DNA from: Verrucomicrobiales bacterium
GTDB taxonomy: Bacteria > Verrucomicrobiota > Verrucomicrobiia > Verrucomicrobiales > SLCJ01
NCBI GenBank assembly: GCA_046075565.1
Contig: JBJTQJ010000030.1
Span: forward strand, 40,873-104,872
DNA: 64,000 nt
Reading direction: 5' to 3'
In this document: piece by piece, positions 59,398 to 64,000 of the stretch
How positions within the stretch are numbered: position 1 is the first letter of the stretch
How the letters are laid out: every line of letters begins with the position of its first letter
Notes under the pieces: model-generated
Told to the model about the DNA's origin: nothing
The model's input: only the letters and a program-made list of their open reading frames with translations
Databases searched by the model: none
Program-made: the position numbers and the translations under genes

Positions 59398-60315
59398 ATG
59401 GATCGCACCCAACCTCCTGACCGAATTTCCAACCCACGTGCCGTCGTATGGCAAGCTGAACGGGAGTCGCTACAGGCAGAACTTGGCGAATCGATCACCC
59501 TCGATGCCCTGACCGGTCCCCGGAGCCGGGGATTGGAAAATGAACTGCCCTTGATCGATGATGCGGGTGCTCCGGCGGGATGGTTGATCGCCCAACGTTC
59601 GAGCGGCCACCGCCACTCGATTGATGATGTTCTCACGGCATGGTTTGCGCTGCGCGTCGCACCGGACGTGAGGCTTCACCTCGACCTCGGCACCGGGATC
59701 GGAACGGTCGGATTACTCGTGCTGTCCGCTCTCGCGCCGGAGGCAAGATTGACCGGAATCGAAGCGCAGGAAACAAGCTACCGCCTCTGGCAAAGCAATC
59801 TAGCAGCCAACGGAATTGCCAATCGTGTGTCTTGCCACCACGGCGACCTCCGTGACCTTCATCTTGAGGAGAAGTTTCCTCTCGTTACAGGAAGTCCGCC
59901 TTACTTTCCCATCGGCACCGGTGTCCTTCCGCAAGATTCGCAAAAGGCGCATGCGCGGTTTGAATTACGCGGCGATGTGGCCGACTACGCGGAAGCCGCC
60001 CGTCGCCACCTCGCTCCCGATGGTTGGTTCGTCTTTTGTTTTCCCACACCGCAGAAACCACGGGCCCTCAACGCAAGCGCCCAAGCCGGTCTAACCGTGG
60101 TTGAGATCATTGATGTGATTCCGCGTGCCGGACTACAACCTTTGTTCTCGCTTTATGCTTGCCGTCAGCAACTTGAGGGCGAGCCGGTGGCTCCACCACC
60201 GAGTGCTTCGGATTTCACTGTGCGCGAGGAAAGCGGCCGACTCTCTGCCGAGATGGCGGCCGTGCGCCGCGGATTTGGTTTCCTCGACTCCGAGGCGCAT
60301 GGCGGGCACGGGTGA
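59398..60315 (+). CDS. SAM-dependent methyltransferase (tRNA1(Val) m6A37/YfiC-like)
   Basis: LDLGTGIG, GIEAQ, GSPPYF and ARFELRG motifs. Confidence 0.82.
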   Translation: MDRTQPPDRISNPRAVVWQAERESLQAELGESITLDALTGPRSRGLENELPLIDDAGAPAGWLIAQRSSGHRHSIDDVLTAWFALRVAPDVRLHLDLGTGIGTVGLLVLSALAPEARLTGIEAQETSYRLWQSNLAANGIANRVSCHHGDLRDLHLEEKFPLVTGSPPYFPIGTGVLPQDSQKAHARFELRGDVADYAEAARRHLAPDGWFVFCFPTPQKPRALNASAQAGLTVVEIIDVIPRAGLQPLFSLYACRQQLEGEPVAPPPSASDFTVREESGRLSAEMAAVRRGFGFLDSEAHGGHG

Positions 60316-60463
60316 ACCGCTGCTATCGGCGTTCCTTACCCGCCACCACGCGATGCCACTTGCCTTGACTTGAGCATCCAAGCGGATGACAAGGTTGCAC
60401 ATAAAACATCACGAAACATTTGTAGACTCGACGATGTAGACTCAAGAATCGCGTCCTCATTTT

Positions 60464-61915
60464 ATGAAATCCATGCTCCGCCCACTGTTGTGCCTGATCA
60501 GCTCTATACTTCCGGCCGCGGCTGCTCCGCCCAATCTTGTCGTTGTCTACGCCGATGACCTCGGCTGGAAGGACACAGGTTACAACGGTAGTGACTACTA
60601 TGAAACCCCGAATCTCGACCGCATGGCACGAGAAGGAATGAACTTCCATCAGGGCTACGCGGCGGCCGGAAACTGCGCCCCCAGCCGCGCCTCGCTGCAT
60701 TCCGGCACATATTCGCCGCGCCACCACGTCTTCGCCGTCAACGACACCAACCGCGGCCCGAAGTCATTCCAGCGGCTGATCCCGATTCCGAACAAATCCG
60801 GCCTCGCTCCGGAGAACATCACCCTCGCCGATGCGCTCAAGTCTGCCGGTTATGCGACCGGAATCTTCGGCAAGCGGCACCTCGATGGCAGGGAGGGCGC
60901 CTCTCCCAGCGAGCAGGGCTTCGACGTCGTCTTCGAATCCCAAAAAGGCAGCCCTGACATACGCCGTGACCGTCCGGAAGATCCCAAGGGCATCTTTTCC
61001 ATCACTAAAGCCGCTGGCGATTTCATGGAGCAATCCAAAACCGCCGGCAAGCCGTTCTTTGCTTTCGTTTCCCATCATGGCATCCATGTCGCGCTCGAAG
61101 CGCGCCCCGCCAGTCTAGGGAAATTCAAGGCCAAGGCTCCGGGCAAGCAGCATAACTCCCCGCTCTACGCCGCCTGCCTCTACGACCTTGATGAAGGTGT
61201 CGGGAGGCTGCTCGCCCGCATCAAGGAACTCGGCCTTGCGGAAAACACGCTGGTCGTTTTCACCTCCGACAACGGGGGCACGCAGCAATCGTCGCAAGAA
61301 CCACTGCGTGGCAACAAAGGCGGCTACTACGAAGGCGGAATCCGCGTGCCCTTCATCACTTACTGGCCCGGCACGATCCAGCCAGGTGGTGAGTCGCAGG
61401 TGCCTGTCAGTCATGTGGATCTCTTTCCGACTTTCCTGTCCGCCGCTGGAGCCGCTGTTCCTACTAGCAAGGTGCTTGATGGCGAAAGCCTGCTGCCGCT
61501 TCTCAAAAAATCCGGCACACTGTCCCGCCACTCGCTATTCTGGCATTTCCCCGGCTATCTGGACGGCCCGGTGACGCGCGGCCGCGAGAGCGATGTCCGC
61601 CTCGGTTTTCGCAGCCGCCCGCTATCGGTGATCCGCAAAGGCGGTTGGAAGCCGCATCTCTTCCACGAGGAATGGCAGCTTGATGGTGGTCGAGTGAAGT
61701 ATCCCGCCAACGGAGCGATCGAACTTTACGACTTATCCAAAGACCCCGGTGAAAGAACCGACCTCGCTGCTCACGAATCTGCAAAGGCCAACGAACTTCT
61801 GGACGATCTGCTGGGTTGGATCAAAAGCAGTGAAGCGCCAATGCCCGACCAACCCAATCCTGCCTACAACCCCCAAGCCGCCGCCAACGCACTTGTTCCC
61901 ATCATCGGCAAATAA
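60464..61915 (+). CDS. Cys-type (formylglycine-dependent) sulfatase
   Basis: PNLVVVYADDLG, CAPSR, FTSDNG, GNKG..YEGGIRVP and ELYDL..DPGE motifs; signal peptide. Confidence 0.94.
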   Translation: MKSMLRPLLCLISSILPAAAAPPNLVVVYADDLGWKDTGYNGSDYYETPNLDRMAREGMNFHQGYAAAGNCAPSRASLHSGTYSPRHHVFAVNDTNRGPKSFQRLIPIPNKSGLAPENITLADALKSAGYATGIFGKRHLDGREGASPSEQGFDVVFESQKGSPDIRRDRPEDPKGIFSITKAAGDFMEQSKTAGKPFFAFVSHHGIHVALEARPASLGKFKAKAPGKQHNSPLYAACLYDLDEGVGRLLARIKELGLAENTLVVFTSDNGGTQQSSQEPLRGNKGGYYEGGIRVPFITYWPGTIQPGGESQVPVSHVDLFPTFLSAAGAAVPTSKVLDGESLLPLLKKSGTLSRHSLFWHFPGYLDGPVTRGRESDVRLGFRSRPLSVIRKGGWKPHLFHEEWQLDGGRVKYPANGAIELYDLSKDPGERTDLAAHESAKANELLDDLLGWIKSSEAPMPDQPNPAYNPQAAANALVPIIGK

Positions 61916-61928
61916 CCCCTGATTCTAC

Positions 61929-64000
61929 ATGAACGCTCTCCATCGATTCGCCCTCCTGTTTGCCGCCACCACCGGACTCGTGTCCGCCGCGCCGCAGCTC
62001 AAGCCTCCCATGCACGGCCTCGAAGAAGTCGGCCCGCAGGATGTGAACCTACGCGGCGGTTTCTGGGGACCGCGCCTCGCCATCCATCACAAGACCACCA
62101 TCCCGCATGTGCTCGACATGCTCGAGGAACGCAAACACATCGCCAACTTCAATGTGGCCGCCAAGGTCTTGAAAGGCGGAGGCGTAAAACAAGGCGTGAG
62201 AGATCTCGATCAGGCCGGTCAGGCGCTGGAAGGGAACGGCGGGAACCACGGCCCCGGATCCAATGATCCCAACGCCGCCAAGGACGGTGAAATCGTCGGC
62301 CACAGCGCCTTTGATTCCGATGTCCACAAGGGGCTTGAAGGCGCTTGCTACACGCTCGGCCACTGCAAAGATCCGGCCCTGCATCAGCGCGTCGAGAGTA
62401 TCCTCGATCGCATCGCCGCCGCGCAGGAAAAGGATGGGTATCTGGTCAGTTATTTCACCGGTAAGGAACCGCAGAACAAGTGGGGCAATCTCAGGCACAA
62501 CCATGAAATGTATAACGCCGGCCACTTCTTCGAGTTTGCCGTGGCGCATCACCAACTCACCGGTGAAACCAAGGCCCTCGATATGGCGAAACGCTTCGCC
62601 GACCACATCGACAGCATCTTCGGCCCGAACAAACGCTACGATGTGGATGGCCACCAGGAAGTCGAACTGGCACTGGTGAAACTCTACCGCGCCACCGGCG
62701 AAAAGCGCTACCTCGACCTCTGCCGGTTTTTCCTCGAGGAACGCGGCCACCTCCACGGCACCGAACGCAAGCCGTTCACCGAGGTCATTCCCCGCGGGGA
62801 TCCACCGCGCTTGCCGGGCGAGACGATTCAGGAGTGGCGCCGGAAGAAATGGGGCATGCGCAACGGCCGGATGCAGGATCACAAGCCGGTTCTGCAGCAG
62901 ACCGAAGCCGTCGGCCATGCCGTGCGAGCCGGTTACATGTATTCTGCCATGGCGGACCTCGCCCGTTTCAGTGATGCGCCGGAATACACCGCCGTGCTGG
63001 ATCAACTTTGGCAAGATGTCGTTGGCCGCAAACTCTACCTCACCGGCGGCCTCGGCACCGCCCAGTATGGCGACGAGGGATTCGGAGATCCCTACCTGCT
63101 GCCCAACAAAACCTACTGCGAATCCTGCGCGAGTATTGCCCACGTGTTCTGGCAGCACCGGATGAACCTGCTCAAGGGCGATGCCAGATACGCCGATGTG
63201 CTGGAACTGGTGCTCTACAACTCGGCACTCTCTGGAATGTCGCTCAGCGGCGACAGCTTTTTCTATCAGAACCCGCTGGAGTCAGAAAAGGGCGGTGAAC
63301 GTAGCAAATGGATCGGCCTCGCCTGCTGCCCGACCAATCTCGCCCGCTTCACCCCGCAGGTGGGCGGCTTTGTTTATGCCCACAAGGGCGATCGTCTCTT
63401 CGTGAACCTCTTCGCCGCAGGGGAGGGGACCGTGACGATGGATGACGGCAACCCCGTCAAGATCACGCAGGAAACGAATTACCCGTGGGACGGGCGGATC
63501 CAGATGGCGATCGCGCCGGAGAAACCATCCGAATTCGATCTCTGCCTGCGTATTCCCGGCTGGGCGTTGGGGAAACCGGTTCCCGGCGATCTCTACCGTT
63601 TCGCCGACTCACAGACCACAGTGGGGACGCTCAAGGTCAATGGCGAAATGGTTGAGGCAAAACCAGGACAGGATGGCTACGTGCATCTCAAGCGCACATG
63701 GAAAGCGGGCGATCGGGTGGAACTCGATCTACCCATGCCGGTCAGCCGCGTCCTCGCCCATGAGAAAGTCGAGGAGAACAAAGGCAAGGTTGCCCTGATG
63801 CGCGGCCCGGTCGTTTACTGCTTCGAAGGAATCGACAACCAAGATATCGATGTCTTCAAACTCAGCCTTCCAGAATCCGCCGAAACAACAACCGAACACG
63901 ATGCCAAGTTGCTCGGTGGAGTAACGGTGATCCGCGCCCAAGGCCTCGATGAAAAGAAAAATCCCGTCAAACTGACCGCCATCCCATACTTCGCCTGGGC
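61929..64000 (+). CDS. GH127 family (beta-L-arabinofuranosidase-like) secreted glycoside hydrolase, runs off the right edge
   Basis: Manual translation from ATG 61929: signal peptide, GGFWG, FDSDVHK, HEMYNAGH, GHQEVELAL, GHAVRA.Y, YCESCASIA, CCPTN, YPWDG, RIPGW and RGPVVYC. Confidence 0.92.
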   Translation, partial: MNALHRFALLFAATTGLVSAAPQLKPPMHGLEEVGPQDVNLRGGFWGPRLAIHHKTTIPHVLDMLEERKHIANFNVAAKVLKGGGVKQGVRDLDQAGQALEGNGGNHGPGSNDPNAAKDGEIVGHSAFDSDVHKGLEGACYTLGHCKDPALHQRVESILDRIAAAQEKDGYLVSYFTGKEPQNKWGNLRHNHEMYNAGHFFEFAVAHHQLTGETKALDMAKRFADHIDSIFGPNKRYDVDGHQEVELALVKLYRATGEKRYLDLCRFFLEERGHLHGTERKPFTEVIPRGDPPRLPGETIQEWRRKKWGMRNGRMQDHKPVLQQTEAVGHAVRAGYMYSAMADLARFSDAPEYTAVLDQLWQDVVGRKLYLTGGLGTAQYGDEGFGDPYLLPNKTYCESCASIAHVFWQHRMNLLKGDARYADVLELVLYNSALSGMSLSGDSFFYQNPLESEKGGERSKWIGLACCPTNLARFTPQVGGFVYAHKGDRLFVNLFAAGEGTVTMDDGNPVKITQETNYPWDGRIQMAIAPEKPSEFDLCLRIPGWALGKPVPGDLYRFADSQTTVGTLKVNGEMVEAKPGQDGYVHLKRTWKAGDRVELDLPMPVSRVLAHEKVEENKGKVALMRGPVVYCFEGIDNQDIDVFKLSLPESAETTTEHDAKLLGGVTVIRAQGLDEKKNPVKLTAIPYFAW

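Overview
This is a GC-rich bacterial chromosomal window with about 55 mostly housekeeping or envelope genes. They include recG, recJ, folK, pyc, ilvC, pfkA, cstA, msrB, parA, recF, an EF-G paralogue, metF, nadA, rpoZ, smpB, uvrB, a sulfatase and a GH127 glycosidase. The gene content (DUF1080, ECF sigma-Ser/Thr kinase pair, PEGA/FGE kinase, sulfatase, short omega subunit) suggests Verrucomicrobiota; this is inference only. I saw no rRNA, tRNA, CRISPR array, intact transposase, phage genes or reverse transcriptase. The most notable items are: (1) a translationally coupled operon of ECF sigma factor, membrane Ser/Thr kinase with duplicated PEGA-FGE modules, and NlpC/P60 lipoprotein; (2) a succinate-propionate gene cluster broken by a junction that fuses the tail of a Na+-decarboxylase beta gene back-to-back with a 5'-truncated methylmalonyl-CoA mutase; (3) a second junction truncating a YbaK-family gene onto the EF-G paralogue; (4) two in-frame TGA-GGC stops plus frameshifts and odd substitutions, most simply explained by sequencing or assembly error; (5) a DacA-like protein lacking all three catalytic motifs, preceded by a hairpin-rich 480 bp intergenic region; and (6) dispersed REP-like palindromes. 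All calls come from reading motifs by eye, with no database searches.
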